A stretch of 64,000 bases of DNA. Origin: Negativicutes bacterium (GTDB taxonomy: Bacteria; Bacillota; Negativicutes; UBA1444). Under the pieces are notes generated by a model. The model was not told where the DNA came from, made no database searches, and was given only the letters and a program-made list of their open reading frames with translations. Location of the stretch: positions 693,141 to 757,140 of the forward strand of contig CAXXIN010000007.1 of the NCBI GenBank assembly GCA_963665275.2, given 5' to 3'. Both the position numbers and the translations under genes were made by a program. This document shows positions 54,240 to 63,598 of this stretch, piece after piece; position 1 is the first letter of the stretch; every line of letters starts with the position of its first letter.

Positions 54240-54278
54240 AAAAAAAGCGGAAGGCGGCGTCGGAGCCAACCCTCCGCT
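54240..54278 (-). terminator. terminator after the second tuf
   Basis: AGCGGAGG..CCTTCCGCT hairpin followed by a U-tract. Confidence 0.6.
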
Positions 54279-54313
54279 AAGATTTTGTGGTCACACCCCT
54301 ACGTAACAGGTGC

Positions 54314-55526
54314 TTATGCGTTGATCGCAGTAACAACTCCGGCGCCGACCGTACGGCCGCCTTCCCGGATTGCGAACCGAAGGCCTTCTTCAATAGCGAT
54401 CGTCGTGATCAGTTCAATGTTCATCTGGACGTTGTCGCCCGGCATCACCATTTCCATTCCCTCTGGCAGATGCGCCACTCCTGTGACGTCCGTCGTCCGG
54501 AAATAGAACTGAGGCCGATATCCATTGAAGAAAGGTGTGTGGCGTCCGCCCTCTTCCTTCGTCAGGATGTACACTTCGCCTTTGAACAGCGTGTGCGGTT
54601 TGATCGATGCCGGCTTCGCCAACACTTGTCCCCGCTCTACGTCTTTACGCTCTACACCACGCAGCAACGCGCCAATGTTGTCACCAGCCATCGCCTGGTC
54701 AAGCAGTTTACGGAACATTTCCACGCCCGTTACAACGGTCGAACGCGGTTTTTCTTCCACCCCGGTCAACCCGACGATCTCCACCGTGTCGCCCACTTTG
54801 ACAACGCCACGCTCTACACGGCCTGTTGCCACGGTGCCGCGGCCTGTGATCGTGAATACGTCTTCCACCGGCATCAGGAATGGTTTATCAATGGCCCGTT
54901 CCGGGGTCGGAATGTAGGAATCGACAGCTGCCATCAGTTCATGGATTTTCCCACACCACTGGCAATCCGATTTCCCGCAGCCGCAGTCAAGAATCTTCGT
55001 CGCCGACCCCGAAATGAACGGGATTTCGTCGCCAGGGAAATCGTAGCTCGAGAGCAGTTCCCTCACTTCCATCTCTACCAAGTTCCATCAGTTCCTGGTC
55101 ATCGACCAAGTCGGCCTTGTTCAGGAATACGACCATCGCCGGCACGCCGACCTGACGAGATAGCAGGATGTGTTCCCGTGTCTGCGGCATCGGGCCGTCT
55201 GCTGCGCTTACAACCAGAATCGCTCCGTCCATCTGCGCCGCGCCGGTGATCATGTTCTTGACATAGTCAGCATGGCCCGGGCAGTCAACGTGTGCGTAGT
55301 GACGGTTCGCGGTTTCGTACTCCACGTGCGCCGTATTGATGGTGATCCCACGGGCCCGCTCTTCCGGTGCTTTGTCAATCATGTCGTACGCTACATACTC
55401 TGCGCCGCCCGCTTTCGCCAAAGTCATCGTAATCGCTGCCGTCAGCGATGTCTTGCCATGATCCACGTGTCCGATCGTTCCAATATTTACGTGCGGTTTA
55501 GTCCTCTCAAACTTCTTCTTGCCCAT
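54314..55526 (-). CDS. tuf: elongation factor Tu, second copy, with a 1-nt insertion at about 55081-55082 (probable assembly error)
   Basis: Nearly identical to 37443-38654; reads accaagttcc where the intact copy has accaattcc. Confidence 0.92.
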
Positions 55527-55651
55527 GCAAACATTTCCTCCTTTGAAACTGTCGAATTCAGCCTTAAGTACCTATAGGGTATTCTATCATAAACATTCTA
55601 TTTCTGCCAAAAAGAAAAAACTCCAATAGAGGAGTCCCCTGGAAAAATATT

Positions 55652-55728
55652 TGGTGGCGGCGCACGGATTTGAACCGCGGACACATCGGGTATGAACCGA
55701 TTGCTCTAGCCAACTGAGCTACGCCGCC
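55652..55728 (-). tRNA. tRNA-Met (CAT), elongator type
   Basis: GGCGGCGTAGCTCAG..TTCATAC..GTTCAAATCC..ACCA. Confidence 0.92.
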
Positions 55729-55740
55729 ATATATGGAATC

Positions 55741-55816
55741 TGGAGCTGATGACCGGGATTGAACCGGTGACCTTATCCTTACCAAGGATACGCTCTACCG
55801 ACTGAGCTACATCAGC
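55741..55816 (-). tRNA. tRNA-Thr (GGT)
   Basis: GCTGATGTAGCTCAG..TTGGTAA..TCCA. Confidence 0.95.
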
Positions 55817-55825
55817 ATTAATGAC

Positions 55826-55903
<78 letters not shown>

Positions 55904-55932
55904 ACGACAAAACCGGATCTTTATGATGGAAA

Positions 55933-56017
55933 TGGTGGAGGGGGTTGGATTCGAACCAACGAAGGCGAAGCCGGCAGATTTACAGTCTGCTCCCTTTAGC
56001 CACTCGGGAACCCCTCC
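55933..56017 (-). tRNA. tRNA-Tyr (GTA)
   Basis: 85 nt, CTGTAAA loop, long variable arm. Confidence 0.95.
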
Positions 56018-56030
56018 ATATGAGTTTCAT

Positions 56031-56105
56031 TGGAGCTGGCGATGGGAATCGAACCCGCAACCTGCGGTTTACAAAACCGCTGCTCTGCCGTTGAGCTACG
56101 CCAGC
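56031..56105 (-). tRNA. tRNA-Thr (TGT)
   Basis: GCTGGCGTAGCTCAA..TTTGTAA..TCCA. Confidence 0.95.
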
Positions 56106-56137
56106 AAACATTGAATACTGTTTTAGTGACAAAAAGA

Positions 56138-56166
56138 ATTATACATCAGGCTTTTTATTCTGTCAA
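56138..56166 (-). promoter_or_regulatory. consensus sigma-A promoter of the tRNA cluster
   Basis: Perfect TTGACA-N17-TATAAT; the -35 overlaps the uppP stop codon. Confidence 0.8.
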
Positions 56167-56963
56167 TGCCAAAAAAAATAGTAATAGGAAAATCCCGCCA
56201 ATACGAAACGATAATAGGCAAACGAGGCCAGCGTAGATTTATTAAGAAATCGCAAAAACCAGATAACAGAATAATAAGCCACCACAAACGAAACTACAAA
56301 CCCGACAGCAATCATCTGAAAATCAGCCATCGAAAGCCGCGACCAGCTTTTCGCCAAGTCATAGAAGCAAGCCATCATCATCAACGGCAACGCTATGATA
56401 AAGGAAAAATCGGCAGCGGTTTTTCGATCTAATCCCAAAAAAATACCGCCGGAAATCGTAGAACCAGATCGGGAAAATCCCGGCCAGAGAGACAGAATCT
56501 GAAACAAGCCAACAAAGAACGCTTGTTTGAGGGTCATTTTTTCGACATCGGTCGTTTCCGGACGGCGACCACACTTTTCAGCTGCCAGCATCAACAATGC
56601 ACCAAGGACTAGTCCAATAATAACTGTAAACGATGAAAACAGGTGTCGTTTAATAAAGCCGTGAGCCACGAAGCCGACAATCCCCACCGGTACGATTCCA
56701 GCAGCAATATGCCATACTGACAAACCTTTCGGTTTGCGGAACCAAGTTTCCGGCTTGACCAACTCCATGTACTTTTCGCGATAGAGAAATCCAACCGACA
56801 GGATAGCACCCAGTTGAATAAAAACGGCAAATGCGGATGCTGCGTCCCCATGAAACCCCAACAGATCCTCAACTAAAATCATATGTCCGGTGGAAGATAC
56901 CGGCAAGAACTCCGTCAGCCCTTCCACCACTCCGACAATTGCCGCCACAATCATATCGTGCAA
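56163..56963 (-). CDS. uppP: undecaprenyl-diphosphate phosphatase
   Basis: VEGLTEFLPVSSTGH, PGFSRSGST. Confidence 0.96.
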   Translation of the reverse strand: MHDMIVAAIVGVVEGLTEFLPVSSTGHMILVEDLLGFHGDAASAFAVFIQLGAILSVGFLYREKYMELVKPETWFRKPKGLSVWHIAAGIVPVGIVGFVAHGFIKRHLFSSFTVIIGLVLGALLMLAAEKCGRRPETTDVEKMTLKQAFFVGLFQILSLWPGFSRSGSTISGGIFLGLDRKTAADFSFIIALPLMMMACFYDLAKSWSRLSMADFQMIAVGFVVSFVVAYYSVIWFLRFLNKSTLASFAYYRFVLAGFSYYYFFWH

Positions 56964-57023
56964 AACAGTTCTTCTCCAATCTCTTTCTTAAAAAAATTAT
57001 CCATATCTCAGCAACAGTCGCAA

Positions 57024-57560
57024 TTATACACTAGGCTCAACGCTCCTGCAAGGATTTTTCAGCATCTCCAGCACAACCCTATCGGTAGGAAAGGCCATGG
57101 GGGGTGGCTGACCAAGCGAATACCACTCAACCGCATCCAGATCGTCCCCTGCCTGCAAGAAGCCGTCAACACTTTCAGCCTGAAACCAGATCCCCACCGT
57201 ATGGGTTCCGGGGTTGTGAAAGTTGGATAAAACGGTGAATACCGGACCCAATTTTACCTCAAGTCCGGTTTCTTCACAAAACTCCCGGCGAGCTGCCGCC
57301 CTCACATCTTCATCATATTCAACATAACCGCACGGGATGCACCACTGGCCTGGATAGGAGGAGTGTTCCGCCCGCCGGCCCAGCAAAATCATCCCGTCCG
57401 CGTTCAGCAGAATAACTGCAACTCCTACAACGGGATTCTCGTAAACAATGTTCTGGCATTGCTGACACGTTAAACGCTCATGGCCTTTGATCAGTTTTTT
57501 AGTCAAAGGTCCGCCACACTTGGGGCAAAACGAAAATCGCGGGACCTTTTCCGTCGTCAT
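57024..57560 (-). CDS. NUDIX hydrolase with N-terminal zinc ribbon
   Basis: FCPKCG..CQQC, Nudix box GYVEYDEDVRAAARREFCEETG. Confidence 0.9.
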   Translation of the reverse strand: MTTEKVPRFSFCPKCGGPLTKKLIKGHERLTCQQCQNIVYENPVVGVAVILLNADGMILLGRRAEHSSYPGQWCIPCGYVEYDEDVRAAARREFCEETGLEVKLGPVFTVLSNFHNPGTHTVGIWFQAESVDGFLQAGDDLDAVEWYSLGQPPPMAFPTDRVVLEMLKNPCRSVEPSV

Positions 57561-58462
57561 TTTGCGTTCGACACCACCACTGCCAACGCGATGGAATTTA
57601 ATTTTGTCTGCGGACTGTCAGCTCGCGAGGTCAGAACTACTGGAGCTGCCGCCCCGATCACGATACCTGCCAACGGCGTGTGCGCAAAATACACCAGTGT
57701 TTTATAAAATATGTTGCCAGCCTCAATGTATGGAACAACTAATACATCCGCTTTTCCTGCCACCTCTCCGCCAATCCCCTTATGCGCTGCCGCGCTTGCT
57801 GAAACAGCATTATCAAGCGCCAAGGGTCCATCAATGACACACCCTTTGATTTGTCCCCGTTCCGCCATTTTAGCAATCAGCGCGGCGTCCTCTGTCGCCT
57901 TCATTGAGGCAGTCACTGTTTCTACTGCTGCCAGCATCGCCACTCTGGGTTTCTTATTTCCCAATGCAGACGTCACCTGTAATGCATTTTGGATGATCTG
58001 GACTTTTTGCGGCAAATCCGGCGCGATATTGATAGCCGGGTCGGTAAGCACCAGCAGTCGATCGTAGCCATCAGCTTCGAATACCACGACATGAGAAAGC
58101 AGGCCTCCGGTTCCCAGCCCTTCAGTTTTGTTCAATACAGCCCGCATGAAATCCGCCGTACCAACCAAGCCTTTCATCATCACCTGCGCCGCTCCTTGCC
58201 GAACCAACTCAGCGGCTCGTTTAGCCGCCAACCGTACGTCAGGCGCATGTTCAATCTCAAACAGCTGGGAGTCGATCCCTTGTTGCTGACATATTTCCCG
58301 TATGGAAGCAGTATCACCAACCAGAATTGCATCGGCAATTCCTGCTTTCTTTGCTTCATATACGGCGGTCAGAACGTCGGAGTCAGCAGCTGCTGCAACA
58401 GCGATTTTCACTCGATCCTGACGCTGCGCAGTTGCAATAATTTCTGCAAAAGATTTGAACAT
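57557..58462 (-). CDS. ptb: phosphate butyryltransferase-like phosphate acyltransferase
   Basis: MKGLV, DGPLALDNAVS, EAGNIFYK, LTSRAD. Confidence 0.85.
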   Translation of the reverse strand: MFKSFAEIIATAQRQDRVKIAVAAAADSDVLTAVYEAKKAGIADAILVGDTASIREICQQQGIDSQLFEIEHAPDVRLAAKRAAELVRQGAAQVMMKGLVGTADFMRAVLNKTEGLGTGGLLSHVVVFEADGYDRLLVLTDPAINIAPDLPQKVQIIQNALQVTSALGNKKPRVAMLAAVETVTASMKATEDAALIAKMAERGQIKGCVIDGPLALDNAVSASAAAHKGIGGEVAGKADVLVVPYIEAGNIFYKTLVYFAHTPLAGIVIGAAAPVVLTSRADSPQTKLNSIALAVVVSNAK

Positions 58463-58583
58463 AATGTATTACCTCCAAATTTTAATTCTCAATATTTTAT
58501 TTTAGACGCCAAAACAACCGGCTGCCATCTGCATTGCGCGGATGACAGCCAGAAAGAATGATCAGCATTCAGCGGCGCCGAAG

Positions 58584-59120
58584 TTACAGGGTCTTATCGC
58601 CCGGATGCCATTCCATAGGGCACATCCCACCAGACTGTAGGGCTTGCAGAACCCGAAGAGTTTCATCAATGCTTCGTCCCACATTCAAGTCGCAGACGAC
58701 CTGGTAACGCAGAATACCTTCCGGATCAATGATGAATAACCCGCGCAACGCTACACCCTTCTCCTCTATCAGAACGCCATATTCGCGCGAAACCTGTTTT
58801 GTGATATCGGATGCCAAAGGATAGGACAGTCCACCTAATCCGCCTTCGGCAACTGGCGTCTTGATCCAGGCGCGGTGGCAAAACACGCTGTCGGTGCTGA
58901 CTCCGAGGACCTCAGTTCCTAACGCGCCAAACTCAGTCAGCCGCGAGTTGAAACCTCGAATTTCAGTGGGACAGACAAACGTAAAATCCAACGGATAAAA
59001 AAACATCACCAGCCATTTTCCCAGATAGTCAGACAGTTTGGCTTTATGGTCCAGTGCTTCAAGATTCTTAGTCGTTTCCATACAAAATTCAGGCGCCTTT
59101 TGTCCGATAGCGATTGCCAT
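58584..59120 (-). CDS. 2-Cys peroxiredoxin (AhpC/TSA family)
   Basis: FYPLDFTFVCPTE and resolving CPMEW. Confidence 0.93.
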   Translation of the reverse strand: MAIAIGQKAPEFCMETTKNLEALDHKAKLSDYLGKWLVMFFYPLDFTFVCPTEIRGFNSRLTEFGALGTEVLGVSTDSVFCHRAWIKTPVAEGGLGGLSYPLASDITKQVSREYGVLIEEKGVALRGLFIIDPEGILRYQVVCDLNVGRSIDETLRVLQALQSGGMCPMEWHPGDKTL

Positions 59121-59158
59121 AGGTTTTCCCCCTTTTATATTAGTCGAGTTCAGCCGGA

Positions 59159-60250
59159 TTATTCATCACCAAAACTGATGCCCATTGCGCGCCCAGCCAA
59201 CACGAGTTGATCATTAGGCGGCACGTTGTGGGGTTTTCCTACTACGTCGGTAATTGGAACGGATGTAATTTCGTTTTTTTGCAGGGCAACCATACGTCCA
59301 AATTCGCCCCGGCAGACGCATTCCACCGCCGCTACACCATAGCGGGTCGCCAAAACCCTATCATACGCGGTTGGCGTACCCCCTCGTTGCAAATGACCCA
59401 GCACAGTGCAACGCGACTCGATTTCGGTTCGCTCTTCAATCTCCGTCGCCAGTTTGTCGCCCACTCCGCCCAGTCGGATTTTCTCCGGGCTGTCTTCGAT
59501 GGTGCGCTTTACGGTCATCGCTCCGCCTACCGGCAGTGCGCCTTCGGCAACGACAATGATACTGAAACGTTTTCCATGCTCAACGCGGTCCCTGACTTTA
59601 CGGATAATCACGTCGATATCATAAGGAATTTCGGGAATGAGGATGACATCAGCTCCGCCGGCCATGCCGGCGTGTAGGGAAATCCAACCGGCATATCGTC
59701 CCATCACTTCCAGAATCATTACCCGATGATGAGACTCCGCAGTAGTATGAAGCCGGTCCAACGCCCAGCTTGCAACGCCTACCGCCGAATCAAAGCCAAA
59801 GGTTCTCTCCGTGCAGGGAATATCATTGTCGATTGTTTTTGGCACTCCGACGATATTGACGCCCAGTTTTTCGAGTTCCAATGCCACCGCATGCGTGCCA
59901 TCCCCGCCAATGAGAACAAGGGCTTGAATGCCATTATTTTTTAAATTTTCCAGTATGCGGTCCGACATGTTACGAAACACATACTTGCCATTTTCCTCAA
60001 CTTTATAGTGAAAGGGGTTATCCCGGTTGGTCGTCCCCAATATCGTTCCGCCGCGCGGCAAAATACCAGCCACATCTTTGTCATGAAGCGTAATGACCAT
60101 ATCTTCCACCAGACCCTGAAAACCGTTCTGAATCCCTTTTACAGTCATCCCTTTGCCTAAAGCGGTTCTCACAACGCCCCGAATTACGGCATTGAGACCC
60201 GGGCAGTCTCCACCGCCAGTTAACACGCCAATCGTATGAATTTCCGGCAC
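59159..60250 (-). CDS. pfkA: 6-phosphofructokinase (group III-like)
   Basis: GGDCPGLN, GGDGT, PKTIDND, MGR; GTG start after an RBS. Confidence 0.93.
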   Translation of the reverse strand: MPEIHTIGVLTGGGDCPGLNAVIRGVVRTALGKGMTVKGIQNGFQGLVEDMVITLHDKDVAGILPRGGTILGTTNRDNPFHYKVEENGKYVFRNMSDRILENLKNNGIQALVLIGGDGTHAVALELEKLGVNIVGVPKTIDNDIPCTERTFGFDSAVGVASWALDRLHTTAESHHRVMILEVMGRYAGWISLHAGMAGGADVILIPEIPYDIDVIIRKVRDRVEHGKRFSIIVVAEGALPVGGAMTVKRTIEDSPEKIRLGGVGDKLATEIEERTEIESRCTVLGHLQRGGTPTAYDRVLATRYGVAAVECVCRGEFGRMVALQKNEITSVPITDVVGKPHNVPPNDQLVLAGRAMGISFGDE

Positions 60251-60303
60251 CGTTGACCCCTCCTTATGCATCCTATATCTGCATGATAAACCCTGCAAGG
60301 GTT

Positions 60304-60762
60304 CTATTCTATCTGGATGATCGTCAATCCCTTAGCGTCATACACCTTCGGCTCAGGTTGTCCTGTAGCCGCCATGCTCAGGTTAGTCCCATCAAATGCA
60401 CCAGGCCAGGCCGCCACAATCGTAAATTTTCTTCCCAACTGTTTCAACAGTTGCAAAGGATCAACTTGGAGAACAGGCGCAAATAAAACCTGCATGTCAT
60501 CCAGCACGATTACTTCCGCTTTCAGTGCCTCCAGCGCCTTGTTGATGATCCCCGAAGCCTCTTGAGCCCTCACTTTTGGAACCATCTCCAGCAATTCTTC
60601 GGTTAGGAAAGTCCGGCAGTTGACGTATTGCCAGCCTCGAATTGTAGAGAGTTCCCGCAACATCTTGCTTTTGCCGCTCCCCGGTCGCCCGACCAACAGC
60701 ACCAGTCGTTCTGCCGATTTCTGCCCGTCACGGACGGTCTCGACGATTCTTTGAATGATCAT
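60304..60762 (-). CDS. small P-loop protein resembling BREX-3 BrxF (orphan)
   Basis: LVLLVGRPGSGKS, VLDDMQVLFAPVLQVDPLQLLKQL, VAAWPG; no other BREX genes nearby. Confidence 0.7.
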   Translation of the reverse strand: MIIQRIVETVRDGQKSAERLVLLVGRPGSGKSKMLRELSTIRGWQYVNCRTFLTEELLEMVPKVRAQEASGIINKALEALKAEVIVLDDMQVLFAPVLQVDPLQLLKQLGRKFTIVAAWPGAFDGTNLSMAATGQPEPKVYDAKGLTIIQIE

Positions 60763-60810
60763 CGCCAGCGGCCCCCTCGCTTTTTTGGGTTCGAAGACCC
60801 TTATTATGTT

Positions 60811-60837
60811 TTTCGCCATCCATGTTCAAAACCCTTC
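60811..60837 (-). promoter_or_regulatory. putative SigH-type promoter of the brxF-like gene
   Basis: GAAGGGTTT...GGCGAAA (AGGG-N17-GAAA). Confidence 0.35.
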
Positions 60838-60855
60838 CAGAAAAAGCAGGAAAAT

Positions 60856-60888
60856 AAAGAGCGACACCCTGCCGGGATATCGCTCTTT
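60856..60888 (-). terminator. terminator after sigH
   Basis: aaagagcga..ccc/ggg..tcgctcttt hairpin. Confidence 0.65.
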
Positions 60889-60904
60889 AAAAACAAATTA
60901 TTGA

Positions 60905-61621
60905 TTAATCACTCACATCATCATAAGTCTGCAATTCATTCTGCAGTTCCTTATTCAGACCAGCCAGACTTTTGTAAACACCACGAATGTCGAGATCGTC
61001 GGACCGATTGTCCAAATAACGCTCAAGTTTGCGTTTGACCCGCTGTAACGCATTATCGATTGATTTCACATGCCGGGTCAATTCGACTGCAATTTCTTGA
61101 TAAGACTTGCCATCAAGATACGACATTAATACTTTCCATTCAAGATCGCTGAGGATTTCCCCCATTTTTTCTTCAATGTCGATAAATTCTTCGCGACTGA
61201 TAACCAACTCTTCAGGATCCGATATTTTAGAACCGGATAGCACGTCGAGAAGTGTGCGGTCGGAGTCTTCGTCATAAATGGGTTTGTTCAAAGACACATA
61301 AGAATTCAGGGGAATATGCTTTTGCCGGGTGGCTGTTTTAATCGCCGTAATTATTTGGCGAGTAACGCATAACTCGGCAAATGCCCTGAATGAAGAAAGT
61401 TTGTCGTTGCGAAAATCACGGATGGCCTTATAAAGGCCAATCATGCCTTCCTGGATAATATCTTCGCGCTCCGCGCCAATGAGAAAATAGGACCGAGCCT
61501 TTGCTCTGACAAAATTGCGATACTTGTTGATCAAATACACCAGTGCATCTTCATTGTCATTGTCTTTGGCATCCAAGACAATTTCTTCATCAGTCAGGGC
61601 CTCAAAATTACAGTACCGCAT
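60905..61621 (-). CDS. sigH: RNA polymerase sigma factor SigH
   Basis: EDIIQEGMIGLYKAIRDF, ATRQKHIPLNSYVSL, KSIDNALQRVKRK. Confidence 0.96.
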   Translation of the reverse strand: MRYCNFEALTDEEIVLDAKDNDNEDALVYLINKYRNFVRAKARSYFLIGAEREDIIQEGMIGLYKAIRDFRNDKLSSFRAFAELCVTRQIITAIKTATRQKHIPLNSYVSLNKPIYDEDSDRTLLDVLSGSKISDPEELVISREEFIDIEEKMGEILSDLEWKVLMSYLDGKSYQEIAVELTRHVKSIDNALQRVKRKLERYLDNRSDDLDIRGVYKSLAGLNKELQNELQTYDDVSD

Positions 61622-61693
61622 TGAATCGCCTCCATCATGAGATGCTGCAAACCTGGCCCGCGGCAAGGACGGCAACCGCCACTTCCGAAAATT

Positions 61694-61722
61694 ATTATAT
61701 ATTGCCGCGCCCTGTTCGTCAA
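61694..61722 (-). promoter_or_regulatory. sigma-A promoter of sigH
   Basis: TTGACG-N17-TATAAT. Confidence 0.65.
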
Positions 61723-61739
61723 GGCGCGTAATCCCGCGG

Positions 61740-62903
61740 TTACAGCGAACCAACAGCGCTGCGCTGGCGAATCATTTCATAGAGAATAATCGCGCTGGCA
61801 ACGGAAGCATTGAGAGATTGCACTTTCCCTCGCATCGGAATTTGAACGAGGGAATCACACCGTTCCCTTGTCAGGCGGGCCATACCTTCCCCCTCATCTC
61901 CAATTACGATGACAATCGGTCTGGTCAAGTCCACATCGTGATAAGATACGCCTTGCTCCGGATCGGCGCCCACCACCCAGAATCCCTGTTTTTTTAGATC
62001 TTCCAATGTTTGGGCCACGTTACCAATTTGAGCCACTTTGACATACTCGATAGCGCCTGCAGAGGCTTTAGCCACAGCAGCGGACAACTGACAGCTGCGA
62101 CGTTGGGGAATCAGAACTCCGTGAGCCCCGGCCGCATCCACAGTCCGGAGGACCGCACCGAGATTTTGCGGATCCTTCAGCTGATCCAGTAATACAAGAC
62201 ACGGTTTTTCATTGCGGGCTGCCGCCAGCGCCATCATGTCTTCGACCGAAGAGTAGGCAACCGGCGAAACCATAGCTACCACGCCTTGGTTACGAACTCC
62301 CAGGCTCATCGCTTCCATTTTCACAGCTTCCGCAGTTTGGACAGGAATGCCTTTTTCTTTAGCAAGCGCAATAATTTCCCGAATGGAACCCTGATGCTCG
62401 CCAGCGGTGATAAAAAGCTTGCTGATTGGCCGGCCGCTGCGGAGCGCTTCCATAACCGGATTTCGACCGGACAGGAAGTCCATTTCTTTGGGTGCTTCAA
62501 CCGGACGGGCCGGTTTGGCGGTTTGGTAAGGAGGCCTCGACGTTGCTGGCACTCCCTTTCCTGTGCTCGGACGCGCAGATCCGGTCCGGCCGCGAGCAGG
62601 TTTGCCTGAATAAGAACGATCTGCAACTGGGGAGCGATCCCCTTCAGTTCCACGAGTCAATGGCGCACGCGGTTGACCAGTTGTTCTTGTGCTAGCTTCG
62701 CCTGTCCGCCGTTCAAAGCCCTCCGCAGGTCGTGCCGCAGGCCTTGATGTAGAAGGTCGGCCCGCAGAAGGACGCCCCGTAGAAGGACGTCCCGTAGAAG
62801 GACGTGCCGTAGAAGGACGTGCCGCAGAAGGACGTGCCGCAGACGTGCGTTCCCCCGACGGTCGTTCCCCTGACGGTCGTTCCGCCGGTCCTCGATTGCT
62901 CAT
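61740..62903 (-). CDS. rlmB: 23S rRNA (Gm2251) methyltransferase RlmB with long N-terminal extension
   Basis: [28 protein letters not shown]; ATGA overlap with thyX. Confidence 0.93.
   Translation of the reverse strand: MSNRGPAERPSGERPSGERTSAARPSAARPSTARPSTGRPSTGRPSAGRPSTSRPAARPAEGFERRTGEASTRTTGQPRAPLTRGTEGDRSPVADRSYSGKPARGRTGSARPSTGKGVPATSRPPYQTAKPARPVEAPKEMDFLSGRNPVMEALRSGRPISKLFITAGEHQGSIREIIALAKEKGIPVQTAEAVKMEAMSLGVRNQGVVAMVSPVAYSSVEDMMALAAARNEKPCLVLLDQLKDPQNLGAVLRTVDAAGAHGVLIPQRRSCQLSAAVAKASAGAIEYVKVAQIGNVAQTLEDLKKQGFWVVGADPEQGVSYHDVDLTRPIVIVIGDEGEGMARLTRERCDSLVQIPMRGKVQSLNASVASAIILYEMIRQRSAVGSL
62721..62879 (-). repeat. 15-bp coding tandem repeat (RPSxx pentapeptides)
   Basis: gaaggacg(t/c)(g/c)ccg(t/c)a-type units; nine full units plus two shorter ones. 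Confidence 0.9.
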
Positions 62904-63598
62904 TTTCCGGTCTTTATTGTCGCCTGTGCCTTGATTACTTCGAGTCGTCCGCAACTTAAATCCCCCTCTCTACAATATCCTTCGCTGATACAGGTTGGTC
63001 CGGCCTTTGCAAAGAGCGTGGGCGCCACTGCACGCACCTCTTGCAGCATAAGTTCGGCCATTTTCCGTATTTCCCACTGTGCCCGGGTACAGCAGCGCAG
63101 TTCAAAAAAATTAAACAACGCGCGGGCATTCATTGTCACCAGAATTTTCGTCTCCGTCGCATTGGACAAACAATAACGGGCATCCTCCTGATGAACCCCC
63201 ATAGCGGTTAATTCACCATACACTGCGCGGATTTCTTCCATGAGTTCCGTAAACCGTTCCCTCGCCGCCGGATTGGCAGCCACTGAAGGGGGCACGACAA
63301 ACTCAAAATCGTGCTCCTTCACATAACGCTGTGATTGTTGTGAATAGGAAGCAATTCTGTGGCGCACCAATTGATGGGTCAATACCCGGGAAACCCCCTC
63401 GACAGCAAAGGTGAAACTCACATGCTCCAGCGTCGAAAAATGACCCATCGATAGGATTTTTCCCACCAAGTTCTTCACTTGGACATCGGATAGCTTTTCT
63501 TCGAGTTCCGCCGCGCCGATGGGTGAATAACAGAGGCGAGCCGCCATTGCCACTTTGCGCTCCGCTTCCGGCGTAAAAGAAATCAGTTTTATATTCAT
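62900..63598 (-). CDS. thyX: FAD-dependent thymidylate synthase
   Basis: [28 protein letters not shown]. Confidence 0.96.
   Translation of the reverse strand: MNIKLISFTPEAERKVAMAARLCYSPIGAAELEEKLSDVQVKNLVGKILSMGHFSTLEHVSFTFAVEGVSRVLTHQLVRHRIASYSQQSQRYVKEHDFEFVVPPSVAANPAARERFTELMEEIRAVYGELTAMGVHQEDARYCLSNATETKILVTMNARALFNFFELRCCTRAQWEIRKMAELMLQEVRAVAPTLFAKAGPTCISEGYCREGDLSCGRLEVIKAQATIKTGK

Noticed and set aside
54314-55526. Programmed frameshifting in tuf or argH
   Set aside because: No slippery sequence or stimulatory structure seen; single-base error is the simpler explanation
60304-60819. Complete BREX defence system
   Set aside because: Only one brxF-like gene; no pglZ, brxC or methyltransferase in the window
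62721-62879. Repeat array considered as a CRISPR
   Set aside because: 15-bp head-to-tail units with no spacers, in frame within rlmB, and no cas genes
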